Part shown: one piece after another, positions 33,013 to 44,833 of the stretch | How the letters are laid out: each line of letters begins with the position of its first letter | Numbering within the stretch: position 1 is the first letter of the stretch | Source of the DNA: Epithemia pelagica | Lineage: Eukaryota > Protista > Bacillariophyta | NCBI GenBank assembly: GCA_946965045.2 | Contig: OX337242.1 | Span: 1,364,001 to 1,428,000, forward strand | Direction of reading: 5' to 3' | DNA: 64,000 nt | Position numbers and translations under genes: made by a program | Notes under the pieces: model-generated | What the model was told of the DNA's origin: nothing | Databases searched by the model: none | What the model saw: only the letters and a program-made list of their open reading frames with translations

Positions 33013-35565
33013 ATGGAAACCTTGATTGTGACTTCTTCCACCACCACCACGACGACCATGCTGGCCGCACCGCCTACGGTGGTCGCAACCACAACGACCA
33101 GTCGCCCCTCCGTTCTTTCCAAACCCAACCACACTCCAACCTCCAGTCCACCCTGCCTTGCGACAACCACCACCAAGAGTGACGCTCCGTTGATGATGCA
33201 GCCGGTGGATTGGGAACGTCCACCAGTTTCGGCTGCTGAAACTACAGCTGTGGTGGAAAAGACGGCGATCCCCTCGGACAACCAGATGCAACCCGAGAGA
33301 GTTTTACCGGTGGCAAACAGCAATAGTAGCAGCAGCATCAAGGCAAGCAGTGCTCCGGGAGAAAGTGTTGTTGCCACAGAATGTCCTCCCATGATTAATG
33401 AGGAACAACAACCCGTGGCAAGCATTGTTACTCCAGGTACATCAACGAAGCAACCACGAAACGAATCGACACCATCCGTGATTCACCCAACAACTACAAC
33501 AGTAGCAACAACCGATGCCAATGGGTCAAATGGTCCAAAGACACCTGCAACAACCAAAATATTGGATTCGCAACCGTCCAATGTGACGTCCAATTCGAAC
33601 ACTACTAGCAAACCCAAAACCAATCGACGGACCGAGGCATCGCCTAGCAAGCGAATCGCGACCACGGCTCTCCCATCCAAATGCACGCGCACCATGGGTT
33701 CTAGTTTATTTCCTCGTCCCTGCCTATCGCACTCGCCAACGTTGCAAGAGATCCAGTCCATGTCCTTTTCGGATTACATTCGTGAAGTAGTGTTGGCCAA
33801 AGCCTTGCCCAAATTTGAAGACTCGGGCGAAGAAAACGATTACTCGGAGGACGAATGGACCACACAACAAATGCCCCTTACGCAAGGGATTGGCAAAGTC
33901 ACGCTCCCCAATGGATTTTGGAACGAACAAGGGATTGGCAACGATCGCACGGGACGAGGCCCGGCCTGGCAAAAGGGGCAGCCACTGGGTGATTTGACCA
34001 TTGAAATGCCCATTGCGCAACATGTGCGAGGAATGGCTGGTGTCTACGAATACACCTTTACCGAAGTGCCCCAAATATCCGTGGCGGACTTTCGAGACCG
34101 CGCCGACTCGTATCGGACCGACCAAGTGGGCAAGGCGCACGATGAAAACGACAACAACGACGAAAACAACACGAACGAAGAAGATCGTCTCATTCAACTC
34201 GATCGTCACTTTTGGAAACGTCTCGGTCCCACCATGCCACCCGCCTGGTACGGAGCCGATCAGGAGGGAACGCTGTTTGGAGACGATCCGGCATCGGGTT
34301 GGTCGCTCGGTGAGTTGGACTCGTGTTTGCATGTGCTGAGCCGCGTCCCGGGCGTGACCACACCCTACCTCTATGCCGGTATGTGGGCTTCGGCCTTTTG
34401 TGCCCATACCGAAGACATGAATTTGCTCTCCATCAACTTTTTGCATGCCGGTGCACCCAAAATCTGGTACGCCATTGCCCCCGGACCCGATGCCAAACGC
34501 TTTGAAGCACTCTGTGAATTCCAATACTCCGTGGCGGCACGAACCTGCAAGGAATTTATGCGACACAAACGGCATTTGATATCACCCATGGTATTACAAA
34601 AGGCGGGAATCAAGTACACCACAGCCGTCCAACGACCGGGAGATGCCATTATTACCTTTCCAGGTGGATACCACTTTGGATTCAACACGGGCTTTAATAT
34701 GGCCGAAGCGACCAATTTTGGTGTACCGGAATGGATTCCCTACGGACAAAAGGCACGAGTGTGTTTATGTCGACCAGATTCGGTCCGGATTGACATGTGT
34801 AAGCTCGTTTCACTGTTGCAACTGTATGAATCGGACCAAGCGAGGACGCGGATTCGGTCGTGGAAGGAGTGGAGCCGACGACGAGAGGAAAAGAAACGGA
34901 GAGCCCAGAAAAAGGGCAAAAAGTCCACCAATTCATCTCCTGTTGGGGAAAAAGGACAAGCTACAGGGGCAAGCAACAGCAAAAAGAGAAAATTAATGTC
35001 CGAACAGGAAAAGAAGAATGAATTTTGGATCGAAGTGGTCAAACCGGCGACCACCAAAGTGGCACCGGCGGTACCTGCACGGAAGCCTCCCAAGGAGGTG
35101 GTCCAGGAAGAAGGGAGGGGTAAGCGTCAAAAGAAAAAGACTCTGAAAGCAGCCATGTGGAAAGAAGAAAGTAAGAAAGAACCTGAAAAACCGCCCGAAC
35201 ACCAGGAACCAGAGGTTTGGCATTTGGCGAAACCGATTGGTCGGAAGGGTATTGAGATTGGAGCTCGAGTGCTCTGTTTACAACCTGGAACCATGGTATC
35301 GGGATCCATGGACCAGTCCAACAACATGTCGGAAGACGATGAGGATGAGCAATGTTTCCGTGGGTCGGTAGTGGAACGGGTCGATGACAATGTCAAGATC
35401 CACTTGGACGGTTTGTCCAAGTCGGAGGATGTGTGGGTTTCGCTCGATTCGAAGAAAGTCTACTTGGATGGAGGGCCATGGGTGGATGACCACGAAGCAT
35501 GTGCGATACCCTATCGTCATTACTGGAAGGAGATGGATTCCAAAACTCGTTGCGGAGATGAGTAA
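33013..35565 (+). CDS. KDM4: JmjC histone lysine demethylase, KDM4/JMJD2-like, with C-terminal Tudor/agenet-like domain
   Basis: JmjN-like SPTLQEIQSMSFSDYI; JmjC PGVTTPYLYAGMW, HTEDMNLLSINFLH, PKIWY, GYHFGFNTGFNMAEATNF; CLCRPDSV; C-terminal FRGSVVERVDDNVKIHLDGL..SEDVWV. Confidence 0.9.
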   Translation: METLIVTSSTTTTTTMLAAPPTVVATTTTSRPSVLSKPNHTPTSSPPCLATTTTKSDAPLMMQPVDWERPPVSAAETTAVVEKTAIPSDNQMQPERVLPVANSNSSSSIKASSAPGESVVATECPPMINEEQQPVASIVTPGTSTKQPRNESTPSVIHPTTTTVATTDANGSNGPKTPATTKILDSQPSNVTSNSNTTSKPKTNRRTEASPSKRIATTALPSKCTRTMGSSLFPRPCLSHSPTLQEIQSMSFSDYIREVVLAKALPKFEDSGEENDYSEDEWTTQQMPLTQGIGKVTLPNGFWNEQGIGNDRTGRGPAWQKGQPLGDLTIEMPIAQHVRGMAGVYEYTFTEVPQISVADFRDRADSYRTDQVGKAHDENDNNDENNTNEEDRLIQLDRHFWKRLGPTMPPAWYGADQEGTLFGDDPASGWSLGELDSCLHVLSRVPGVTTPYLYAGMWASAFCAHTEDMNLLSINFLHAGAPKIWYAIAPGPDAKRFEALCEFQYSVAARTCKEFMRHKRHLISPMVLQKAGIKYTTAVQRPGDAIITFPGGYHFGFNTGFNMAEATNFGVPEWIPYGQKARVCLCRPDSVRIDMCKLVSLLQLYESDQARTRIRSWKEWSRRREEKKRRAQKKGKKSTNSSPVGEKGQATGASNSKKRKLMSEQEKKNEFWIEVVKPATTKVAPAVPARKPPKEVVQEEGRGKRQKKKTLKAAMWKEESKKEPEKPPEHQEPEVWHLAKPIGRKGIEIGARVLCLQPGTMVSGSMDQSNNMSEDDEDEQCFRGSVVERVDDNVKIHLDGLSKSEDVWVSLDSKKVYLDGGPWVDDHEACAIPYRHYWKEMDSKTRCGDE

Positions 35566-35967
35566 TTCCTTTCTGGGACGCTTTGTTCTATGCCAAATTG
35601 GTCATCATTTTCAAGAACAATCAAGAGACCAAGGCCGGCAGAGGCAATTCTCAAATGTGCTAGTAGCTAGGGTTATGCATTGTTCTACAGACATGGGAGT
35701 CTTGTATGTTAAATTTTTACTGTTTTTCAAGTCTCACAGTTTCAACATTACTGTCTAGCTCAAAAGTGACTCTCTTCTTTGGTTCACGTGAGACTCGTTT
35801 CCTGCGACTTGTGGTTCTATAATATCACTGCAAGACACTACTCTAGTAAAAACATACATGAAGAAAAAACTTTCCAAAACGGGCTAAAGTAGGCTTTCGC
35901 TAATTCTCATGTACAACGAAACTTGGGATGTTTGGCACCGTCCAAGTTCTCCGAATCCAGTAGTTAC

Positions 35968-36936
35968 CTAGGCAGGCAAGTTACTTGGATCGACCCACCG
36001 TTCAAATTTAGTCGCATCTCGAATATCATGTTCATTGTCGTCCTTGGCATTGGTAAACTCTTCATTGGTGGTACCCACCAACAAGTATTCGGCAAAACAG
36101 GCAACATTTTCGGGTGTATCCAAGGCTCCCTTGGGGGGTGGACGCGCCCCAACACTTGTTGGACTGCCACGGTCGTTTTGTTCATCCGCCTTGGCTTTCA
36201 TGGTGCGAAAATTTTGCACAATGGGCATGGAGGATTCGGCCGACTCGCGAATGGTCCCTTGCAAACTGGTATCCACCACACCTGGTTTGAAGGACCCTAC
36301 CAGCACGTGTCCACCCTCGTGCCGAAATTCTCGTTCCAAGACCTTGAAGGATTGGAAAAAGGCTGCCTTGCTAATCCCATACGAGGACCATCCGACGGGA
36401 GGAGCGCCATGGGCGGCCCCGGACGAGACATGCAAGACTCGGCCAGGGACTTGTGGTGCCGTGGTGTCGTCTTTCGTTGGGGTCAAGGGTTTGAGGTACG
36501 GATACAAGGCCGTGGTGAGAAACAGGGGTGCTTAGCAATTCAACACCATGGCACGACGGAGTTCGTCGGGTTGCAATTCCAAAACGGGCTTAATGGGATC
36601 AATGGTACCGGCCGAGTGAATCAAAAATCGAACCTGTGTGTGACGGTCGTCGTCTCCACTGCCGCCACACAAGGCATGGACGTGGTTGACAATAGCGGTG
36701 CGGCCCTCGGGGGTGGCAATATCAGCCGCCAAGGGTTGGAGTTTGGGAGACAAGGATTCGACATGCTGGGCCGTAATGGATCGTGACACACACAGGACTT
36801 GATCAATAAAGGAAAAGGTGGCAAGTTTTTGCGCAATGGCCAAGCCAATGCCCGATCGGCCACCCACCACAATGGCAATGGATGGACGACTGTCGGCCAT
36901 GGCGGCCGCAAAGGCAGACGTGGTTCGGAAATTCAT
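35968..36936 (-). pseudogene. Short-chain dehydrogenase/reductase (sepiapterin/benzil reductase-like) with one in-frame TAA
   Basis: VVGGRSGIG, LIHSAGTIDPI, HVSSGAAH, SYGISK (YxxxK) and PGVVDTSLQ are all in one frame. The two track ORFs are separated only by TAA at 36534-36532 in ...MVLNC*APLFLTTALYPYL. Confidence 0.8.
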
Positions 36937-37454
36937 CTTCTTGACAAATATCGGAGGTGCTTCAGTTTTGTGTGTGTGCGTGGGGTTTCGATTGACCAAT
37001 CGTTGAGTTTATGACCACAGCAAATCCGTTCCAATCCGTATTGGAAGATCTTCTCGAGTGTCGTTGGCTTAGGAACGATGCAATATTAGATCCTTGGCAT
37101 AGACGGAGTCCGGGAACGATCCGAGACCCGAGACAGTGCCGACATTCGACACATGAGAATCTATGCAAGACGAAAAAGGGGATCTTCTTGATCCATCAAC
37201 GATGTTCGTTGTCACCTTGAGAACATGTTCGATGGCCCTGTTTCTTCCGCGGCCATCTGCTCGAGCACGAATCATGGTGTGACTGGTTCTGCCCGCGCCA
37301 TTTTCAAGAAATTGTAGCGTTTCAATTATTTACTATTCTTTGTAATTTATAATCCATATTATTTACAGACGCTAGATTTTGTTGCAGCGACTGAGATGCC
37401 AGAAAAAAGATATCAGAATCATTTTCATTTTTCATCGTCCGTTCGCTTCTCACC

Positions 37455-38627
37455 ATGACAACAATGACAATCCAATTATTGAGACGGTCTTGCAGAAGTA
37501 GTAGGAATGCGTCTTGGTCTCTGCTCCAATGCCATCGCCCTGCTCAGCCCCGTCGAGTACATTATTCTGCGCTGAATGGTTCCCCAGTCGTAGGATCCTC
37601 CCAAGACGTGGAACGTCCGACACGATCCCATGGCGCATCGATATTGACGAGGAAGATATCCAACTCCTCCAACAACAAGAACAGGATTGGCACGTTTCAA
37701 GGGCTCCGTCCTTTCCGGATTAATCTCGGCACTCTTTGCGCCGACGACGACGATCGGACCAGTGTGACACGAACCACTGTGAATCCACTTTTGGTGATGC
37801 AACAGGCGGCGGTCGAACGGGGCATTGCCAATGCGCAAGGCTATCGGTTGCAAGGAGCTCCTTGGGCATTCTCCTTGGCCGAGATTCAATCCGTTTCATC
37901 AACATCATCATCAGCACCCTCATCCAACCAGAGCAAGGACAACCACGCTACGACTACCAGATGCAACGACGACACCAACGCCACGCTGACTTGTTGGCCC
38001 AGCGTACGGACCATTGGGTTTCAACGGATTTCCGAGTCTGGTCTCGACTAGCTCGTCAAACGCCCCTCCTCCTTTGGTTCTTCTCCTTGTACACCGGCCA
38101 GCCAGTCGTTCCAGCCGGTGGCTCTTTGTTATACCGAAGGAATCTATCCACCCGCGCAACCGGGGGATGCCTGCGAACAATGGCGTGCCGAAGGCATTCC
38201 CATGGAACTACCGGTGCGCCATGTCGTGGACACGACACCCCGCAAAAGCTTTGCCCAAATTCTGGCCGTTCACCGACTCCAACAAGAGCAGCAGCAAGAA
38301 CAATCCGGAGTGGATGAAAATCATGGTCCTTTACAACCGGGACGGCGATTACTCATGACCAATCGGGCCAGGTTTTTGGATCACGTCGCTCAAGCCACTC
38401 ATGAATTGGAACAAGGATGGGTGTCACTGGACGAATTGGAACAAAGTGTCCAAGTGCTGCGATTGGTGCCGACGCGTATCGAACTCTTGGCCAATGGACC
38501 GGAGATTTGGGAACGATTTGAATGGACCCGTAATACGAGTGATGATGATATCAGTGGTCGTACCGAGAATGAGGTTGTTCCTGTACCGAGTTGGGTACCC
38601 ACCAAACACCAATTATTGCCCTATTGA
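37455..38627 (+). pseudogene. Pyridoxamine-5'-phosphate oxidase-like FMN-binding protein with one in-frame TAG
   Basis: WPSVRTIGFQRISESGLD*LVKR... and RLVPTRIELLANGPEIWERFEWTR match the PNPOx N- and C-terminal motifs. ORFs 37455-38051 and 38118-38627 share a frame; TAG at 38049-38051. Confidence 0.65.
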
Positions 38628-39127
38628 TTCTGGTCCATTCTAAATTGTGGGAAGAGCGAAACGGAAAACGAAACAAACATTGATTTTGGAGAAAAGCGCA
38701 TCCACTTGTTTCAGGACGAACCAACATGGGCGACGATCCGACATTGTTCATCATTGAAAGCCACACACTCGGATTTTCCAACATCAAATGCCAAAGGATG
38801 TGGTTTTCTTCAGATTTCCTTCCGTTCCAGCTTGAGGGAAGAAGATGCTCTGTGACTGTTTGTATATTATGAGATGTAATTTAGAAAGCCTGCTGGTCCG
38901 TCAAACATCGCTATCTTCCACAAACTAAATAAGGGTTTCAATTACCTACTATCCTAACTAAACCCAACGGCTTCTTTGGGACACACCGACACGGTTGCAA
39001 CATTATTTCCTTCTCCACACTCCACGTTTACACAAAATAAAAATACTCTTGGAATTCGTTCGATCTCTTGCTCAGGACATGATTCAGTGCTCATGTTTCT
39101 CGGTTCCACACTCACGAAAACAACTTA

Positions 39128-40183
39128 TTATTCCCAATCGTCTCCACTCAAGTCGGCAGTGCAATGGCAGGGGCAGACACATCCGAAGCAATACAAATCA
39201 CAGCACTTGATGGAGCAGGACTGGTTGACGACATCACAGACAAAGTCTCCTTCTCCTTCAAACAACCAGTAATCTACCAAATGCAACGATGCCAACATGG
39301 CCGCCTTTTGTTTCGGGTCCATTTCTTTGGGAACATCCATGGTGAAAACGTCGGCATCGGACACGAGTTCCTTGGCAAAGGCACCCAAACTATCGGGCTT
39401 GGTCTTGACAATCTTTCCAATGACATTGCCATTCGCATCCTTGATTTCAAACGTGTGATCACAGCAGATACCACCGATGCAGCAGACCGCAGTGGCTCGG
39501 ACGGTGGCAACTTCATTGTCGTCACGGTCCATGACTTGAAGGGTGGGCGAAAATCCACCTCCACCGGTGGGTTCCATGATATGCGCCATTTTCTCACCTT
39601 CACCAGGACCTTGGTACACGGTCATTTCTTGGCGACAACATTCATGGAAGGAACAGCATTGCCCACATTTGCAGCCGCGGTCAATGTAGACCACTTCTTC
39701 TCCTTCGTGGTACACGTGAAGTTGCAACTTGTGATTGGGCTTGCAGCAACAACGGCCCGTACAGCCACAGTATTCCGAAGACTCGACGACGCGAAATTTC
39801 AAACCACCATCGTCCGTGTAGGCATCGTACTTGTTGGCAATTTCACCCAAGGCGCCCAAGGCACCCATTCCAACGGCGTTGGCCGCGGCATTGGCCAAGG
39901 CTTCAATCGCTTCAAACTTTTGCTTAATGACCAACTATTTAGAAAAATCCACAGACAAAAGGGTCAGCAAAGAGGTTCGATAAAGACAAGATGATCAAGA
40001 ATCCACTTCAAGCAGACGCTTGGAGTTGGACCAATTTTGGTGAGGACGTACCTTGGTGGTATCGGCAAAGACTTGTTCGATCACCTCACCCGATCCCAGT
40101 TTCTCTCCTTCCACCTTTTCAATTTCTTCTCGGGGAGCGTCACCGCCCCCATCCAAAGCAGCACCAAATCCGTCGTCAGCCAT
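39128..40183 (-). CDS. Phospholipid scramblase family protein; exons 40183-40052 and 39934-39128
   Basis: LVIKQKFEAIE, EIANKY, ESSEYCGCTGRCCCKPNH, CCIGGICCD, KELVSDADVFTMDVP, KAAMLASLHLVDYWLFE; phase-0 intron gtacgt..aatag (40051-39935). Confidence 0.85.
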
Positions 40184-40905
40184 GGTCAAACTTGTTCCAA
40201 ATGTTAATGTTCTGTGTATGCAACTTTTTTGGAGGAACAACAAAACGATCTTTGTCTCCTGTCTCCGCGGCTTTTTTGTGTGTAACGTCGTGTCCTTGGT
40301 CCCCTTCTGGTTCGTCGTTATGTGATTTAACGCCAGCTCGGTTTCCAATGACTTAACACGGTACTGGATAGTTCATACTGCATACTGCATCCGTCATAGT
40401 ACTTCGAAAATCACACGAAAGGCATTGGATTTTCTTGGTCTTGGCGCGTGCAAGTGGGGTGACTGTGACAGTTGGTCATCTAGCTTTACGCACGTTGGAA
40501 GCAAGAAGCCCCGCGCAGAGTCGACGGGAGATGACTATGAAGTTTTAGAGTACAAAAAAGATCTTCCTCCCTCCAACTCGGAACCACAAGAGGCCACCAG
40601 ATGACCATGGCATGACGAGAACCTTGACCATGTCACGATGGATTTGGGTGCAAGTCGGCTACGCTCTTGACGCGGCACTCTATAACATGATACAAAGACG
40701 GTCTCTCAAGCACGCTAATGGGTTTGGAAAACGAAAACACCAACAATGGCCTGTCCATACTACTACCACGAGAACCTCTCATGGTGTTCTTTGTTCGTTT
40801 CATACGTCATCGATAGAACTCTCAATTCTTCTCCAACAATTTTGAAATCTTTTTGGCCAATATTCTTCTTCTCTGTTCCCATTTGGAGAGGGGAGATGGA
40901 GTGCA

Positions 40906-41757
40906 ATGTCGATCCAATCCACAGTAATTGTCCTCGTGGTGTTGGTACTTGTTCTGACACCGGAAACCATTCGAGCTGCTGGTCGCCGTCCACATTCTAG
41001 ACGAAAATGTTCCCCGACAACCCATACCATCAAGTCTCTCCACAGTCCTACATGGAACGCTGCAAAGAATGGCATGGATCCCTGGATCAAAAGCTTGTCG
41101 ACTGGCTCCATCGAGAAAACCTCCACAATCGCAACCAATCAATTGATCTTGTATCGAGGGGGTGCCACCAAAACACTTGAGAAGGAGACTTTGACATCAA
41201 CGCAAGTTAGAAAAGATCCAATAGCCATTGATCCAATGGCGAAAATGATATTGTTGTGGTTTCATCATGTTCCCAAACCTCTTCGGTTTTTTCTCAGTGG
41301 ACGAGTTGGTGATGTCATTTTCTTTTTCCTCGAAAGGTGGCTGAGTGTCCTCCTTGGTGCCATGCTGGCTTCCTTCGACCTGTCGACAGAGCCATCTGGA
41401 TCAAGGGCGTCCAAGGTTGTCACACTGGTGGTAGAATCAAAAGATTCGATAACCTTTCTGGGAGGATTTTTGTTGCACATTGTTCCTCAACACCTATTGC
41501 ATGCAGTGCTGGTATTTGGGTTGACAAGTATCGATACTCGTGAAAAGTATTGGAAAACTCTCATTGGAATGTATCAGGGCTTGATCACAACGTCCATCTT
41601 GTTGACCCTACTCAATACATGCCTCTTGAAGAAACTGGCCATGCCCAAGGGAATCGCCTTTGTCTTGACACAGCTCATTGCGTCCACTGTCAACTACTTT
41701 TGGCTCGGCTGGCTGGTACAACGCTCCAAACAACCTCCAAGAACCAAGTCCGAATGA
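40906..41757 (+). CDS. Signal-peptide membrane protein, GtrA-like
   Basis: Signal peptide, basic Ser/Thr-rich linker ending LYRGG, then four hydrophobic helices (LRFFLSGRVGDVIFF...ASTVNYFWL). Confidence 0.6.
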   Translation: MSIQSTVIVLVVLVLVLTPETIRAAGRRPHSRRKCSPTTHTIKSLHSPTWNAAKNGMDPWIKSLSTGSIEKTSTIATNQLILYRGGATKTLEKETLTSTQVRKDPIAIDPMAKMILLWFHHVPKPLRFFLSGRVGDVIFFFLERWLSVLLGAMLASFDLSTEPSGSRASKVVTLVVESKDSITFLGGFLLHIVPQHLLHAVLVFGLTSIDTREKYWKTLIGMYQGLITTSILLTLLNTCLLKKLAMPKGIAFVLTQLIASTVNYFWLGWLVQRSKQPPRTKSE

Positions 41758-42323
41758 ATCTTGGCGCTTGGTAATGTACCAAAGGGTAAATGTCGTATGT
41801 ATGACTGGTTTTTAGTAGATATTTGTAAGTTCTGCCAAGTTGCTTCTCGTGGTTGTTCGCAAGGCAGCTAGGAGTATATCGTGAACGGGTTTTCTCTGTC
41901 CACCGCCATGGCTAATGGCGAAACACTCAATGAGTACCTCCACTCGACATGGTTTGCAAGCTAAGGGATATTGATAAATCGCCTTGCACCCTCAAGCTGA
42001 TGCGTCGATAATGTAATCGTATGTGTCCAGTGAATCGTTGTCAGTGTCACTGACACTTTAGGGTCTACATCATTGCTCTAGCTACGCATTCTCCAGGAGA
42101 ACAGTTCCGAAAACTGAAGCACCAACAAGGGTGAAACTTCTGAATACGATTGCATGCGTCTAGTCCACAACAACTGAGGCGAAAGCCTAAGAAATGTTTT
42201 CCATTACTCAAGAGTTCATAAACTGGAGCTGGATGGCATAGATTACTACGTATCATGCAAAAGCGATTGTGGTTTGATGCGTGCCAAATCCACAGTCACA
42301 GTGTGATTTTCGATTCTCGCGAC

Positions 42324-43784
42324 TCAATAGACAACTTGCCCCTCGGTATCGCATACCAAGGGTGGAACCCGAAGGACAAGGCAATCTCCCACTGCCAATT
42401 CCGTCTCAAACGCTGCCGTAACATGCGCACAATCCTGAATCTGAATTCCCCAGTCAGGACCATTGCCTCTCAGTGAAGATGGCTCGTAGTTCCCCGTGGT
42501 GCGATTGTATATGCCCCAACAAAACTTGGCGACGGTGGTGGAAATAATTTCCAACACCCGACCGTCACGGACCAGAACAATGTCCATGGTCATGTGACCA
42601 TCCGGTGGCCAGGTAGATGCTTTGATCCAAGCCCCTCCAACGGCTACGGCGGATTCATACCACGATGGATACCGAGAAGCTTTGTTGCGCTCTTCTTGTT
42701 CCATCTCTTGTCGTTTTCCGGGGACTTCCCGAAGATCAATCAATGCGTCAAGCTGCTTTTGGGCGTTGTCAATCTGTTCGTTGAGAGCATCTGTTGGAGA
42801 GTTTTTCAAACGCGATTTACTTCTCGCTTTTAGCTTTTCTTCAGTTTCGTCCGAGCGATCAGTGTTCACTTTCGGATTGCCATTGGGCCAGGGTGTGTCA
42901 CCCGCCTTGAAATCAACGGCCGAGTCCAACAACCGGGGAAATGTCACTTGATCAAACGTCTTGATCTTGGTCATTTGGTAGGCATTCACTTTGCTTTGAG
43001 ACTCAACCAAATCAAGATCGACCATCATTATGTGTTGACTGGTCGTTTTGGCTGCAACATTGGAGTGCACAACTTGGTTGGTCGGTGGTGCGACTTGGAG
43101 CAGAACGCAATCCCCAAGTTGTGCATTGTCAAAGAGGCCAGATACTTGTGACCCTATCCCTCGAACTGCTATACCCCAACCAGGCCCACCCGTTCCTGCT
43201 CGTCTGTTTATCACTGGGTTGTACTCGGGAACCTTCCAGTTGCAGTATCGCCGAACGGTTGTCGCAACGAGATCTGTCACCGTTCCATCGCGCACCAGCA
43301 ACACATCCAATTTTGTCTCTCCATCCGGAGGACCAGTGCAAGCCTTGAGCCAGGCTCCTCCAATCGCAGTGGAGTTTTCGAACCATTTCGTTCTCAATAG
43401 TCTAGACTCATCCTCGTCTTGTTCCTTGTCCTCCTGGGTAGATTCTGGATTGTCACGTTGCTCTACAAGATACTTTACATAATCCTGCAATCTTTCAATA
43501 TCCTTATCCAGTATTTCCTCTTGACTGAGAGTCAGTCGCTCTCGGGGAGTGCCACCTTGAAATGGATGGGGTGGAGACTTCTTGGTGCCAGTCGGCAGCC
43601 TTGGGTGGCGACCGTTCCATTGGGACGGTGCATCGCCCACCTGTAGTGGAGGAGTATCATTGGGAAGCGCCGGAAAACGAACGTAATTCCAGCTGCCTTC
43701 TCCGACCAGTTGACGAGCTTCAATCCAGATTTGTTTTTCTACGAGAGCAGCGTCCACAATCATAGTGTCTTGTTGTTCGACCAT
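42324..43784 (-). CDS. Hypothetical protein composed of two tandem copies of an unrecognised ~220-aa domain
   Basis: Clean 486-aa ORF; internal repeat AIGGAWLKACTGPPDG..LDVLLVRDG / AVGGAWIKASTWPPDG..MDIVLVRDG. Confidence 0.85.
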   Translation of the reverse strand: MVEQQDTMIVDAALVEKQIWIEARQLVGEGSWNYVRFPALPNDTPPLQVGDAPSQWNGRHPRLPTGTKKSPPHPFQGGTPRERLTLSQEEILDKDIERLQDYVKYLVEQRDNPESTQEDKEQDEDESRLLRTKWFENSTAIGGAWLKACTGPPDGETKLDVLLVRDGTVTDLVATTVRRYCNWKVPEYNPVINRRAGTGGPGWGIAVRGIGSQVSGLFDNAQLGDCVLLQVAPPTNQVVHSNVAAKTTSQHIMMVDLDLVESQSKVNAYQMTKIKTFDQVTFPRLLDSAVDFKAGDTPWPNGNPKVNTDRSDETEEKLKARSKSRLKNSPTDALNEQIDNAQKQLDALIDLREVPGKRQEMEQEERNKASRYPSWYESAVAVGGAWIKASTWPPDGHMTMDIVLVRDGRVLEIISTTVAKFCWGIYNRTTGNYEPSSLRGNGPDWGIQIQDCAHVTAAFETELAVGDCLVLRVPPLVCDTEGQVVY

Positions 43785-44833
43785 GCGCCTTTACGGACAC
43801 ATGGATCATGGATGTTAAGGTTACGAATCTTGATTTTGGGTGTCGATTTGTGATTTGTGCTGCTTCCAAAAAAAAAGGTTTGCATCTATTCTTGTGCTGC
43901 TTCCGAGAAACTCCGACGAACGTGGTACTCGCGCACGACAAATGCGTGACCCGACTGAATAGTACCCGGATTTACAGATGCTGAAGTGCTCGATGTCATC
44001 TTGCGGATTCCCGCGGGTTTCGAGTTTCGACGAATCTTCGATTTATTTGGAAGACCGTGTGGAAGTGCTCTTTCTTCTTTCGCAAAAATATCAGTCGCGA
44101 GTCATTGTTCTGTTCTCTGTTCGCCTTTCATCGATGGGGCTTTTGCCTGTGTCGTCGCTCGCCCATGCTAGCCAGATATATGCCCTGTCACATCTCGTGA
44201 CCCCTTTTCAGTCGATTGTTGACTGGGATGCTCAGATGACTGAGAGGATCTATTGTAGTGTACTATTATTTAAGATGCCCGACGGGATTTGACTTTGTCT
44301 TGAAGAGAACTACTTTGTAGGTGATACTGGATACTTCATACATAAGTCAAGCAAGCGATCCATGCCCAGGACTGTTGAGAAAGAAATCAAATTTTGTCCT
44401 TTCTTTCCCAGCTTCTTTCTGACTACGCGGCGTACCATCAGTATTGATTCAATGAGCATTCTGTTTCGCAGATACCATTTTGAACGCTTAGAATTCAAAA
44501 AAATTCGAAAGTACGCCGGCTTGTCTATGGGCACGCGTTCAGGGCAATCGCTGCAGTCCTCCCATCTTCAACGAGATTGGAACTCCTTCCCGTCGCTGTT
44601 CGTTTTCGTTGTTCGCACAACGGGCCACAAGAATCAGAAGAGTAAATTCCAAATCAAAACTTTTGTACGATTTGCAACTTGCAACTTGCAACACACCCCG
44701 CAATCCAAACCAGTGTGGTCGCAACTTGCAATCGTCAAACGGAGACGTGAGAAAAAGACATTGCCTGTCTCCATCTTTCATCGCATAAACATTTTAAATG
44801 AATTTGGTGGATCGAGCTACATTTACTCAGACA

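Noticed and set aside
1568-38051. Alternative genetic code (TAA/TAG = Gln) to explain three internal stops
   Set aside because: Many well-supported genes in the window terminate at TAA or TAG exactly where the protein family ends.
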